DNA of 63,769 bases, counting the filler, from Octopus bimaculoides (taxonomy: Eukaryota), in assembly GCF_001194135.2 (NCBI RefSeq). It is 4 parts of 4 records of this genome, joined end to end, with 100 filler letters (N's around TTAATTAATTAA, not from the genome) between each part and the next. Parts side by side here need not be neighbours in the genome. Positions count along the whole stretch, not along the records: positions 1 to 31,723 come from NC_068997.1; 3 more parts are not named here. The stretch is one strand, 5' to 3'. This document shows, in pieces, positions 13,123-27,063 of this stretch; positions within the stretch are counted from its first letter, which is position 1; each line of letters begins with the position of its first letter. A model generated the notes under the pieces. It made no database searches. It was not told the DNA's origin and was given only the letters and a program-made list of their open reading frames with translations. A program made the position numbers and the translations under genes.

Positions 13123-13143
13123 GATGATAATAATAATAATAAT
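12933..13143. repeat. (AAT)n microsatellite, about 210 bp
   Basis: Near-pure AAT run with a few GAT/ACT variants. Confidence 0.95.
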
Positions 13144-14274
13144 GGTAAAATGTAACTATGAAATTGAACATCAAGAGTTATTCTGTCTGATTCTGTCAAC
13201 TCACAATGTCTGATTCTAGATGTGGCTTGTCCAGCTGCGATGATATAGAATTGAGGAAGTTTGAAGGATATGAATTTCTTGAGAGATAAAACATTTGTGG
13301 CACTGTTAGAATATTTAGAAAATTCCTTGACAATTGCAGGTGCGCTGTTTAACATATTTTCGTTTAATTTATTAAGCAATAATTCAATAATTCTTTAAGT
13401 TGTTTTTGCTCCGTACCTATTATCAAGAGCATTCCAGCCGTGACCATTCTGTCTTGCTCTTAGGCATAATATACTCCGGTGGGAAACACGTGATCCAAAA
13501 TGGCGTTCCATAATTTTTAGACGCTAAGATTAGATACAATGGACATTTGAGTTACCCCAAAAATATTTCTCCTCTCGTCCACTATTATTCCATCATTGGA
13601 TAAAGGAATAACAGAATAGATAATAAGAATAACTCGAATTCATTCTATGAATTTATTATCTCGCAACCCGTAAGAAGATACACCATGTCAACCATGGATA
13701 GCTCTGAACAGCGATGAAACTGAACGTAAACCAGATAGTAATTCGTCGTTCATTTAGCGACCAAACCTAACTAATTCATACCTCATTTCTTTACGGTCTT
13801 CGTCCCCATCTCTTATCCTCCTCCTCTCCCCCTCTCTCTCACTCTCTTTATACTACAATTACTAATGTCTTATCTCCTTTATATAACGGTATTAACCGTT
13901 AACTTATAATTATTCACATTCATGCGGCTAATTCTCGTCATAAACAACGCAACGAAGAGAGATATTTGGCTATGTTAGACATTAATACAACAGCTTATCT
14001 ATGTGGACTGAGGTACTGACGTATTATCTGAGAAATAAATGTGATATTTATGGAGGTACACTTGTTAGTTTATGCAACTAAATCATGGATGGAGTAAATT
14101 GAGAGAGACATGGCAGTTCTATGTGTGCTATGACAAGTAAAGATATGAGAAGGAATAGGATGTACACGAAGTTCAAATCCCAATGAAGCGCTTGCTTATA
14201 CTCCACTATAAATTGATGCTTGTAATGTCTTAACACACATTCGTATACATACATACATACATACATCCATTCAC

Positions 14275-14312
<38 letters not shown>

Positions 14313-15279
14313 AGAGAAATAGGTAGGTAGGTAGATAGATAGATAAACAGGCATATACCCACGCATATACAAATATACACATGTGTGCGTGTCCCCATAT
14401 ACACATATGTATCCATCTACATATACACACATGTATAAATAGAAATATATTCATGCACATACACATAGCTATACATCTACGCCTATTACCTAATCAAATA
14501 AACAGATTCGCATATACATATACGTATATGTATACATACGTAAACACACGCATGCACATACATACGTACATACAAATACATATACATATACATATATACA
14601 TATATACATATATATACATACATCCACATATCCATATATGTGTGTGTGTGTGCATGCATACATATACATATACACACACATACATATACATACATATATA
14701 TATATATGCATACACATACAAATACATACATATATATATACATATATATANNNNNNNNNNNNNNNNNNNNNNNNNNNNNNNNNNNNNNNNNNNNNNNNNN
14801 NNNNNNNNNNNNNNNNNNNNNNNNNNNNNNNNNNNNNNNNNNNNNNNNNNNNNNNNNNNNNNNNNNNNNNNNNNNNNNNNNNNNNNNNNNNNNNNNNNNN
14901 NNNNNNNNNNNNNNNNNNNNNNNNNNNNNNNNNNNNNNNNNNNNNNNNNNNNNNNNNNNNNNNNNNNNNNNNNNNNNNNNNNNNNNNNNNNNNNNNNNNN
15001 NNNNNNNNNNNNNNNNNNNNNNNNNNNNNNNNNNNNNNNNNNNNNNNNNNNNNNNNNNNNNNNNNNNNNNNNNNNNNNNNNNNNNNNNNNNNNNNNNNNN
15101 NNNNNNNNNNNNNNNNNNNNNNNNNNNNNNNNNNNNNNNNNNNNNNNNNNNNNNNNNNNNNNNNNNNNNNNNNNNNNNNNNNNNNNNNNNNNNNNNNNNN
15201 NNNNNNNNNNNNNNNNNNNNNNNNNNNNNNNNNNNNNNNNNNNNNNNNNNNNNNNNNNNNNNNTATATATATATTGATA

Positions 15280-15395
<116 letters not shown>

Positions 15396-16977
15396 TTGTG
15401 AAGTAGAAGACAGACAAACAGGAATACAAGAAGCCAGACAAGAGAAATTCGTGGCGGCTAAAATCGAAGTGAGAAATGAAACGAAACAAGAATTTATAGA
15501 AGAAAAATAAATATACTAATGAAAGACTTGGGAGAGAATTTGCCGTTTTAGTTGTTACATTATTTTTTTTATAGTTTCAGCTTATAGTTGCAGCCATGCT
15601 GCATGTTCAGCAGCTGTTTCATTAGGATGAACAGCATTGATTCCATTACACACACACACACACACTCAGACACACATATATAATTTATATTTGTGTATAA
15701 GTGTAATTTGTATTTGTATATAAGTATATGTGTGTGTGAGGGTGCATTTGTTTGTATGTATGTGTGTATTTGTGTCCTTCTATCTCAAATGCAAATCCTG
15801 TGTACGACCGATTTTTGTCGCACTAATTTATCTTTAAACACCAATCTGGATTAGATTGAGTTACCTTGGAGATGAAATCCACAACCAGAAATATGACAAT
15901 GATGTTGGTGGCCTAACCAAATTGCAGCTAGAATTTCGTTTTCTATAAATTCCCATGTTGGAATGTTGATTAGTTAATCCTTGTAGGATTTTGGTCGAAG
16001 GGAATTGACATTTGGTTGACAGAACACAATTTTCGATAGGGAAGCAAAGAGAGTTTGCTGAGATAATTGGAATGATAAACATATATTAACATTCTCATGG
16101 AATGGAAAGCACCTGAAAAACGGAATATTCCATAGGCAACGGCAAACAAATGATGCCTGCTAAAGTTTAAAGAATTTCATTCATTAGATGTTTTCATAGG
16201 TCTGTTTCAGAGGTTCCCAAGAAAGCATGTCATCTTGTGAATTTTCCATAGACAAGGGAAGACAAAAGACGAAGGCAAACATTTAAACCGCTTCCAAAAT
16301 ATTCGCGCCATGACCACCTTGTCTTTTTCTGAAATATACCTTAGACAAGAGAAACAAATGAAAGCAACAAACGTTTAACGTCTGTCCTTCATTGAATCTA
16401 GATCGTCTGCTTTATCGTCCAGGAACTCTGACTCACCATCACATGGCATATAGCTGTTCTAACTCAGATTATCTCGACATTTTATGTATTCAGGAGAGAT
16501 TACTCAATACTTCTTCAGTATTTTTTAAAACAGTATAGGGTGTAATATCAGTAAGAATTTGCTGTAATTTCTAGCAATATGAGCGACCACATAGAGACTC
16601 CCCAATCGGCTTATTAGTCAGATATAACATTGATAAATATTTGGCAGGATAATTAAGAGTATACTGGATATTTTGCATCACGATATTTATTCTGATTCAT
16701 TGTGGTCTAAGTTCGAGTCATATCGAGGGCAAATATGGCTTTCGAGTTCGATAAAATGTTATCAGTCGGAAGAGTTGTGGTCAGGAACGTTCGACATGAG
16801 ACATCACGAGTCAGATATCGTGATATCTGATGACTAGGGTTTATACTACGAACCCATAAAACATTGAATCATATGAATCTGAGTTATAAATAAAATATGT
16901 AAATCATACAAAATCTATTGAAAGCCATTTTCTTTCGTTTGTCCATTTACTAGTCTTTATGTGTGTGTGTATGTATG

Positions 16978-17036
<59 letters not shown>

Positions 17037-17075
17037 GCATACATATATATATATGTTTAATGTATTTTTACACAT

Positions 17076-17380
17076 GGGCGCAGGCGTGGCAGTGTGGTTA
17101 GAAGATTGCTTCCGAAACACACGATTCCGAGTTCAGTCAAATTGTGTGGAACCTTGGTTAAATTTCTTCTGTTATATCCCAGGCTTTGTGAGTGGATTCG
17201 TTAATCGGGAAACTGAAAGAAGCCTGTCGTATATATAAACTGATAGAAGAAGTACAAGGGTTAAAAAAATAAAAGACATGCGTCTATTCATGCATCAACA
17301 AATGATCTTCAAAGTAGAGCCCCAGTATGGCCACAGTCTAATGACACAAACGAGGTAAAGTTAAAAGATAGCAGATAAAA
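17076..17380 (+). mobile_element. tRNA-derived SINE, family B (GGCGCAGGCGTGGC…GAAACTGAAAGAAGCC…CCCCAGTATGGCC…)
   Basis: Head GGCGCAGGCGTGGCAGTGTGGTTAG with A-box and GAGTTCAGTC B-box-like motif, body TTGTGAGTGGATT…, tail CCCCAGTATGGCCACAGTCTAATGAC. Related copies at 40345, 42283 and 52918. Confidence 0.75.
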
Positions 17381-18374
17381 GATAGTAGATTATATTAATT
17401 GTAGGTTAACATTTGAAAGAAATGGCTATTGCTAGTTTTGAGGCTAAGCAAAAGGACAGGAAATGCAGAGAAAACTGCGTTTGCAGTTATTTTTGATGCG
17501 GCGGTAATGGCTGATGTATTTAACGAATATTTGTGAGATAACTATTGTGAGAAATATGCGTTGTTAGTTAGACAGATCATAACCAATTCAATTTCACAAC
17601 TTTGAATATTTTAACACAAACATATGTGTGTGTGTATGTATATATATNNNNNNNNNNNNNNNNNNNNNNNNNNNNNNNNNNNNNNNNNNNNNNNNNNNNN
17701 NNNNNNNNNNNNNNNNNNNNNNNNNNNNNNNNNNNNNNNNNNNNNNNNNNNNNNNNNNNNNNNNNNNNNNNNNNNNNNNNNNNNNNNNNNNNNNNNNNNN
17801 NNNNNNNNNNNNNNNNNNNNNNNNNNNNNNNNNNNNNNNNNNNNNNNNNNNNNNNNNNNNNNNNNNNNNNNNNNNNNNNNNNNNNNNNNNNNNNNNNNNN
17901 NNNNNNNNNNNNNNNNNNNNNNNNNNNNNNNNNNNNNNNNNNNNNNNNNNNNNNNNNNNNNNNNNNNNNNNNNNNNNNNNNNNNNNNNNNNNNNNNNNNN
18001 NNNNNNNNNNNNNNNNNNNNNNNNNNNNNNNNNNNNNNNNNNNNNNNNNNNNNNNNNNNNNNNNNNNNNNNNNNNNNNNNNNNNNNNNNNNNNNNNNNNN
18101 NNNNNNNNNNNNNNNNNNNNNNNNNNNNNNNNNNNNNNNNNNNNNNNNNNNNNNNNNNNNNNNNNNNNNNNNNNNNNNNNNNNNNNNATATATATATATA
18201 TATATATATATATTTATTTATCTACATACACATACACATGAAAGCACACAGACAGACACGTACAATATATATAAAGGAAGACAAAAAGAGATGAGATAAA
18301 GGATTCTGAGAAAGAGAGAATGTGAGTGAGAGAGAGAGAAAGAGTGACAGAGTGACAGATAGAGGGAGTGATAT

Positions 18375-18419
<45 letters not shown>

Positions 18420-18715
18420 TAGAGATAGAGAGAGAGAGAGATAGCGACAGAGTCAGGTAGTTAGAAATATAAATGTAAAGTAACTCTCATTAATTAAATT
18501 TTAATTTTATATAACTACTAAATTACAACACACACTCACACACACCTATATATATATATGCACACATACGCATGTATAAATATATATATATAGTTACACC
18601 CACACCCACGTGTACACACACGCGGACACACACTGAGACATATATATACATATACACACACACACTCACGCATACATATACACGCGAGTATGTGTATGTG
18701 CAAGTGTGTGTACAT

Positions 18716-18785
<70 letters not shown>

Positions 18786-18941
18786 GTATATATATGTATA
18801 TGGGTGTATATGTGTGGATGTTTACATATAAATAAACTTTGGTTAATATATATACGTTAATGGCTGCGGCATAGGAGTCGTGACCTTTTCACACCTGTTT
18901 GTATAATCATAGCAATTGATACATACCAAGCACATACACGA

Positions 18942-18976
<35 letters not shown>

Positions 18977-19602
18977 AATGTAGCTACACACGCACAGATA
19001 TATATCTGAACATTATACATGTACGAATTGTGCGTTTATATATATATACATATACATATATATATAAAATATGCATCCATACATCCATACATCTTGTATA
19101 TGTGTGTCTATTCGTGTGCATATATATATGCATACATATATATATATACAAGCATATATATATATATATATATACCATATAGAGATACTTTCACACGCAC
19201 ACGTGTCAGTATCTCTATATATTCACGTGTTTGTGCAAGTATACATATAGTATAGAACGTTGTGCTTATATACTTGTATGTGTATATATATGTGTTTGTA
19301 GGTATAATATATATATATATATATATATATACACACTCATATATATATATATATGTATTGCTGTGTACGTGTGTGCATAGGCGATTATTTCAGATTCAAC
19401 AAGTTTGTCAGATACTCATTTGTATAAATTTACTAGCTTGTCATTAATAATATAATTATTGTTATTAGTAAAGGTTTTAACTAATTAGAAGGCTGCTGGC
19501 GAAGTCACAGATAAATACTGACGATGATGGCGGATATTGACAATGATGACGATGATGGCGACGATTATCATGACGATAATGGTGGTGGTGGAGGTGGTGG
19601 TC

Positions 19603-19665
<63 letters not shown>

Positions 19666-20043
19666 GTTGTTGTTGTTGTTGTTATTCCTGTTTTCGCTGA
19701 TGTTGCTTTGTTTTATACCAGCTTTTCCAAGTCTCGAGTAAACACCTCAACAAACGGCAAGTTGTGCATTCCACTGTCGGTGTTATTTATGAGAAAGAAA
19801 GATATATTTTAGGGAAAGTGGGGGGAAAATACGGAAAATTAAGATTCTGCTAAAAATGTTTTTGTAACGTTTGTAATCTTAAAAAGAGTTTACGATATTC
19901 GGACATTCCTAAATCGAATGATTTTCATACGATGTGGGCTGTACCCACAAGAACAGAATTCTGTTGGTTCAATGCTTTGGGTTTTTTTTTTGGTATTTGG
20001 CCCTAGTGTTTGAGATTATTATTATTATTATCATTATTTTTAA

Positions 20044-20080
<37 letters not shown>

Positions 20081-20082
20081 TG

Positions 20083-20235
20083 CACCGGCAGATTCATTAT
20101 CATGCGGGGAAAAATGCTTTCGTATTTTCGGGGTCGCTGCAAAAAGTACCAGTTGAGTGATGGGTGTCAATATAATCAACTATCCCCCTCTCCTCAAATT
20201 TCAGGCCTTGTGCATTTTCCAGAAACATTTGTCTT
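20083..20235 (+). mobile_element. SINE family A, degenerate
   Basis: …AAATGCTTTCG…TTCGGGGTCG…AAGTACCAGTTGAG…CCCCCTCTCCTCAAATTTCAGGCCTTGTGC. Confidence 0.65.
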
Positions 20236-21202
20236 ACGCATACACGCAGCNNNNNNNNNNNNNNNNNNNNNNNNNNNNNNNNNNNNNNNNNNNNNNNNNN
20301 NNNNNNNNNNNNNNNNNNNNNNNNNNNNNNNNNNNNNNNNNNNNNNNNNNNNNNNNNNNNNNNNNNNNNNNNNNNNNNNNNNNNNNNNNNNNNNNNNNNN
20401 NNNNNNNNNNNNNNNNNNNNNNNNNNNNNNNNNNNNNNNNNNNNNNNNNNNNNNNNNNNNNNNNNNNNNNNNNNNNNNNNNNNNNNNNNNNNNNNNNNNN
20501 NNNNNNNNNNNNNNNNNNNNNNNNNNNNNACCACCACCACCACCACCACCATTATCATCATCATCGTCATTATCATTATCGACGAGATCATCCATATCAC
20601 CATCACCAGCAACAGCAGCAGCAAGCATCCGCATCACCGTCCTCATCGACAGCCACGTCGTCGTCGTCGTCATTAGCAAGAATGAAAACAACAATAACAA
20701 CAACAACATGAATAACAAGAATTAAATGTAGAAACACCACAAACAAAATAAAAACAAAGAGCGGAAAAAAATAAAAGCAACGGCAGGAACAACAACAGCA
20801 ACATCATATCAAAAAATGGAAAAGGAGAAAATGCTTAAAAGACAAACAAAATGATATGCGAATATGTATAAAAAAAAACAAACAAGATAAATCTACGAGC
20901 AACAAACAATAAAAATAAATGTTGTATGAGAGAATAATGAATGGTGGAAGGGGTGGGTTGGGGGGAAATTTTTCATTAGATTTTCTTCACGTTTCTCAAA
21001 CATCATTTACCCCTTCACTTCCCTCTGTGTTTTTCTCGCTGTCTCTGTCTCTCTCTCATCCAATCAATGCCTAAATTTGGGATTATAAGCAGAGGACACA
21101 TTCATTAAAGACCGACTTTGGTGGTTCTATTTTCTGGGAAGACTTTGGAGAAAACGGTGGAACGGTGGTAAGAGAAGATGTTCTGCAGATTTNNNNNNNN
21201 NN

Positions 21203-21246
<44 letters not shown>

Positions 21247-21519
21247 TATATATATATGTATGTATGTATGTATACATACAGATTTGAACATTTATATGAA
21301 AAAGTATATATAAATGCATACGTGTATGTGTATGTATGTCTATTTTGGAATATATATATATCTGTGTGTATGTGTGCATATGTTTGTTCGTATGTGTATA
21401 TTTATGCATGTATATATGTTCACATGCACTCATTGACATGCGCTTACATGTTCAGGCTGGGGTAATTTTGCACAAGTGACATTATTACATGAATTGATGC
21501 CTCCATAAGATGTGTGTGT

Positions 21520-21559
<40 letters not shown>

Positions 21560-22870
21560 ATATATATATATACATTTGTGTGTGTTTGTGTNNNNNNNNN
21601 NNNNNNNNNNNNNNNNNNNNNNNNNNNNNNNNNNNNNNNNNNNNNNNNNNNNNNNNNNNNNNNNNNNNNNNNNNNNNNNNNNNNNNNNNNNNNNNNNNNN
21701 NNNNNNNNNNNNNNNNNNNNNNNNNNNNNNNNNNNNNNNNNNNNNNNNNNNNNNNNNNNNNNNNNNNNNNNNNNNNNNNNNNNNNNNNNNNNNNNNNNNN
21801 NNNNNNNNNNNNNNNNNNNNNNNNNNNNNNNNNNNNNNNNNNNNNNNNNNNNNNNNNNNNNNNNNNNNNNNNNNNNNNNNNNNNNNNNNNNNNNNNNNNN
21901 NNNNNNNNNNNNNNNNNNNNNNNNNNNNNNNNNNNNNNNNNNNNNNNNNNNNNNNNNNNNNNNNNNNNNNNNNNNNNNNNNNNNNNNNNNNNNNNNNNNN
22001 NNNNNNNNNNNNNNNNNNNNNNNNNNNNNNNNNNNNNNNNNNNNNNNNNNNNNNNNNNNNNNNNNNNNNNNNNNNNNNNNNNNNNNNNNNNNNNNNNNNN
22101 NNNNNNNNNNNNNNNNNNNNNNNNNNNNNNNNNNNNNNNNNNNNNNNNNNNNNNNNNNNNNNNNNNNNNNNNNNNNNNNNNNNNNNNNNNNNNNNNNNNN
22201 NNNNNNNNNNNNNNNNNNNNNNNNNNNNNNNNNNNNNNNNNNNNNNNNNNNNNNNNNNNNNNNNNNNNNNNNNNNNNNNNNNNNNNNNNNNNNNNNNNNN
22301 NNNNNNNNNNNNNNNNNNNNNNNNNNNNNNNNNNNNNNNNNNNTATATATACATGCTTGTGCATATTTTTGTAAATATACATGCGGGTATATATAATTGC
22401 GATATTCTATACATATATGTGTATGTATATAAATATATATGTGTGTATATGTATAATACATGCATATATATATCCACACATGTATAAATGCCCAGCTTTA
22501 TACATAAATACATATATGTATACGCATATATATGTGTATATACACATATATATATATATAAACATATGTGTTTGCATGTGTATATACGTAATCATGCCTA
22601 CACACACATTTATATATATATATATATATATATACATAGTGCAGTGTTAAGTTGGCTATTTTAAAGCTAATGGATGGTCTTAACACATATTTCTACCTTC
22701 CTTCCTTCAATAAATGGAACTTTCGTGATTAGAAACCGAAACATCACACATTGTTTCCAGTAATTGCCGCTAATTCTCGGCTTTTATCTTAAATATAAAG
22801 GATAGTTGTATTAAGACGGCATTACTTAGACAGTGGTGGGTGTGGTTGTGGTGGTCGTGGTGATAGTGAC

Positions 22871-22934
<64 letters not shown>

Positions 22935-23042
22935 TTTATGGTGATGATGATGTGGATGGTAATGATGAAAACATTAATAAACGCATCAACAATTCACAGA
23001 AAATTACGTCGCTATTAATAATATCTCAACAAAAACTATAAC

Positions 23043-23109
<67 letters not shown>

Positions 23110-23288
23110 GAGATCGAAGTGATGCAGAAAAATACAAAGAAATGTCGAAGAAGCGTTTCGAAAGACGAGTGATGTTTGGAGAGATAAGTTGTAGAAAATG
23201 GCGGAAGGATAAAGGACGCTATTTTTCATAGAAAGTGTTTTACCAAAATCTATTTTGAAAGTGGGCAAAAGTCTTTTATCAACTGATA

Positions 23289-24050
23289 TAGGTCATTCGA
23301 ATTTCATGTTGCGACCGATTTCCGCTTCCATTGTATCAAGGTACCACTCGTAAACGGTCCCTCACAGGAGATGCATTTGACCGATCGCCAAACCTAACTT
23401 TCGAGTCTCTTTTGAAAATAGACAGAGCTGCACCGTTGTACCTTCTTCACAGCCGATTTTACTTAATCTGTCTCATCAAGTCGGTGTGTCCCAAGACTAT
23501 TTCTCATTGGTCAAAGCCGATGGTAGTCGAAGGTCACCAAATTTATGCTCTGCTGTGAATAGGGGACGAGTGACCAGCCCATCTTATCAATTACCTGAGT
23601 TGTCACTAAGGATGTGTGGTGTCGTACATTGCTATGAAGTTTGTCGATCATTTCTTGTACAGTTTCTTCCTTCTAATGGCTTTTCTAAGCTTCCTGACAG
23701 TCTTATTATTAATGTTTGCTGTCCATGCTACTGCTACGTTCTAGAAAATCAAAGAAAATTAGGCCCTTATTTCAAAGGACAGTCGTAATGACTTCCTGTA
23801 TCCCTCGCAGTCTCATAGATTTGATTTCATTCCATAGACTGAGTTGAGTCTCCGTTTTCGAATTCTAAAGTAAGTCAACTTTTCACCTTCTGTCCCCAGA
23901 TCGGGGAAAAAAAATAAACTCCAGCCGATCAAAACAGGTTTTCGCCCTGCTCACAGTGCAATCAGGTACCACCTGCCGAGGTACCTGCTTTCCACAAATT
24001 TTCTCATTACCAAAGTCCACCACCATCTCCTTCAGTTCGTTCACAGTCCA
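23289..24050 (-). mobile_element. Mariner (Tc1/mariner) transposase fossil
   Basis: The minus-strand translation aligns with the mariner DD34D region: KICGKQVPRQ (WVPRxL), GTEGEKLTYF (TGDEKW), KGLIFFDFLE, RKLRKAIRRK, IDKMGWSLVPYSQQSINLVTFDYH (GWExLPHPPYSPDLAPSDYH), VKSAVKK, RSVKCI. It carries multiple stops and frameshifts. A possible decayed TIR lies near 23289-23305. Confidence 0.85.
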
Positions 24051-24133
24051 ACTGCGTAATAATTCATGGGCCGTGATTCGTCAGTATGTATGTACGTATG
24101 TATATATGTATGTATGTATATATGTATGTATGT

Positions 24134-24190
<57 letters not shown>

Positions 24191-25129
24191 AAACATTTAT
24201 GGGGAAAATGTTGAGAGTAACTTCAATATTTCGGATCGCTCGCCTTGGTCAGACTGTTTGACGGAGGCGTGCAAACCGAAACTTCGAAGTCACTCTGTAT
24301 ATTTTATTTGAAAGTGTCTAATTATCATGTACTGTACTAAAACCTATTAAGTAATTCTTCAGTTTCGCGTTAATTTTATATGGTGGTTGACATAAACACA
24401 AAGATTAACACACATATACACACCAGCCTGTTCACACACACGCGCGCGCGCGCACATCTAATGGTTTCTTGAGACCTTGTGCTTGTAAGAAAACAGAATT
24501 TTAATGGTTTCTCACATAATAATAGTTGCAGTGAAATATTTCTTTAAAATAATACTAATGATTTCTTTTTAATTACCAAAATTGTCCGTTATAAACATTG
24601 TAGTTGTGGTTGTTAATGTCGCTGACGTTGTCATTGTTATTATTATCATTTTTAATATTCGCTATAATTTGAATATTAACTGTAATGTTTAAAACGAAAA
24701 ACATAGATGTATGTTTTGAACAGTTGCAGAAACTACGAGATAATAGACATTTTAGAATCTAAACATTAATAAAGACAAAATAATGAACATTAAATAAGGA
24801 ATAAATGAAGAGAATTTAAAACAAGAGAAATACAAAAGAAAAAAAACAAACAAGCAACCAAGCCAAGATGATTTGATGGGAGACAAAATGGCGGCTTAGC
24901 TTCTCTCGGCCGAGATATTCACTGTTATAATTTGATTGGTTAATTTGTAGGTTGGTGATTGTTTATTGGTTTTTAAATGACTGGCTCAGTTGGTTTGACT
25001 AAGCCTTGTTCTTTCTTAAAGTGCAAAGAACAAGGCTTAAATAATATCAAGTTTAAGCCAGTTTTTTAATGACTATTTAGAACGCCTAACTTAGCATTTA
25101 ATTTCCTTTTATCTATCTTGCTTGACCTG

Positions 25130-25900
25130 ATGCGTTTTTATATATATACTACAGTGTTTTCAGATGAGGTGTTACATTTTGTTTCCCTTAGTGTTTTAAT
25201 GCCTAATTTCTTGCCGCGCATAATTTCATCGTCCATAAGTGAGGGCGGATATTGTCTCTCAGTTAGTGTTCTGAGGTCTTGAAGACAGGTCTCGGGTATT
25301 TCCGTCAGACAACATTGCGCAAATTCTTTTTGCTAAATTAACGGGGATATTCCTTTTGTGTTTCGGGTAGCATGAGCTAAACAGAAGATATTGTTTCCAG
25401 TCTTATGATAAATATCAGTTACAATTTGATTGTTCCCCTTTTTATCATAATATGTAAGAAAGGGAGCTGTTCTTTGCTATATTCCATCGTAAATTGAATG
25501 TTAGGATTTATATCATTTAGTATTGATTTAAATTCTAAAAGTCAATCAATGGTTTCCTTCCAAATGACAAAGCAGTCATCCAGATGTCTTTTCCAGTTCT
25601 GTCTTATATAATGGTGAAATGGATGTCGATATTTTTGCAGTGACACCTCATATATGATGAATTCAAAATATTCCATTATTAGGTTCGCAAGAACAGAAGC
25701 TGCTTTCGGTCCCATCGCAATTCCGCAGTTTTGACCATAGTAGGTGTTGTCAAATAGGAAATAATTAAACATGATAAACCTCGATAAAAGTGAGGTTCTA
25801 AAAAATTTTTCGATTTCACTCTTGCTATGCAAGGCTCGTCGACAGTTATTGGCTACCTAATGTTATCATACCGTGGAAGAGCTCTCGCTATTGGACAGAA
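25130..25900 (-). mobile_element. Penelope-like element (PLE) reverse transcriptase fossil
   Basis: Motifs: FNYFLFDNTYYGQNCGIAMGPKAASVLANLIMEYFE, WKRHLDDCFVIW, LNDINPNIQFTMEYSKEQLPFL, TDIYHK, YLLFSSCYPKHKRNIP, LAKRIC, RQYPPSL. These are diagnostic PLE RT domains 4-7 plus thumb/linker. Confidence 0.9.
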
Positions 25901-25933
25901 GTCAGGAATTCTGTTGTATATAATTAGATAAAT

Positions 25934-26121
25934 GATAGAAAATGGAATAAACAACATTCTTTATTTAAAAGCACTTGGATTATTTTCGCATATTTTCTAG
26001 AAATAATGTACACATTTTCCCACTTGTAGTACATTGGTACACGAATTCACTTCAAGTGTAAAAATGTGTCGAAACAATTGTAGTGATTAAATAAAGAATG
26101 TTGTTCATTCCATTGTCTATC
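25934..26121. repeat. 35-bp inverted repeat at the PLE 5' boundary (inverted pseudo-LTR-like tail)
   Basis: 25934-25968 versus the reverse complement of 26087-26121 match 33/35, with a 118-bp spacer. The right arm follows CGAAACAATTGTAGTG and contains AATAAA. Confidence 0.8.
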
Positions 26122-26793
26122 TTTTACCCCCCTCCATATATATACGTGCATATAAATACATAGATGTGGATATATTTTACACATATTACTATGCATATAT
26201 GTATATATGTGTGAGTGTGTATGTGTGCATGTTTATATGTATGTATATGTGTGGAGGAGAGCGTTTGAATGTGCTAATTTATGGCCAACAGAGAAAATAG
26301 TTAGTAACAATCAATGACAATATCGCAGGGTGATCTAATGGGAAATGTGATAACTTGGACGGCCCAAGTGGAAAATCGGTCAACGGCTGGCTGAGACGGA
26401 CTACAGTCCTCACTTGTAAACTTGCCAAATTCCCTACATAAAACACTCACCTCCACATACACACAAACACACACATACTCACACATCTATTCTGATTCCA
26501 ATATTCTAATTCTCTTGAAACTCATACTCGCTTTGTCTCTTTCTCACTCTCGAACGTTCTATGCGTCTCGCTTTCTGTCCCTCTTCTCCTCCCCCTCAGC
26601 CACTCTTTCCCCCTCTCTTCCCTCTCTCTTCGAACGTCCCGTACCTTTATTTTATTGCGCTAAATCGGAATAAGATCAAACATAACGAACTGGGATATTA
26701 GTAACATTCCCATCAACTCCAAGAAAAACGGCATTTACTCCAATAACGACAAAACGCACAAACTCGCATACACACAAACGCACGCAGCCACAG

Positions 26794-26827
<34 letters not shown>

Positions 26828-27028
26828 NNNNNNNNNNNNNNNNNNNNNNNNNNNNNNNNNNNNNNNNNNNNNNNNNNNNNNNNNNNNNNNNNNNNNNNNN
26901 NNNNNNNNNNNNNNNNNNNNNNNNNNNNNNNNNNNNNNNNNNNNNNNNNNNNNNNNNNNNNNNNNNNNNNNNNNNNNNNNNNNNNNNNNNNNNNNNNNNN
27001 NNNNNNNNNNNNNNNNNNNNNNNNNNNN

Positions 27029-27063
<35 letters not shown>

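Noticed and set aside
16809-16856. CTGATGA next to a 9-bp palindrome and a TAG/CTA stem, suggesting a type III hammerhead
   Set aside because: GAAA is GAAC, the G10.1-C11.1 pair is C.C, and the stem I register is two bases off from the GTC site.
21088-21170. Short segment open in two frames before GTAAGA
   Set aside because: The frame is ambiguous, there is no homology cue, and it is adjacent to a gap.
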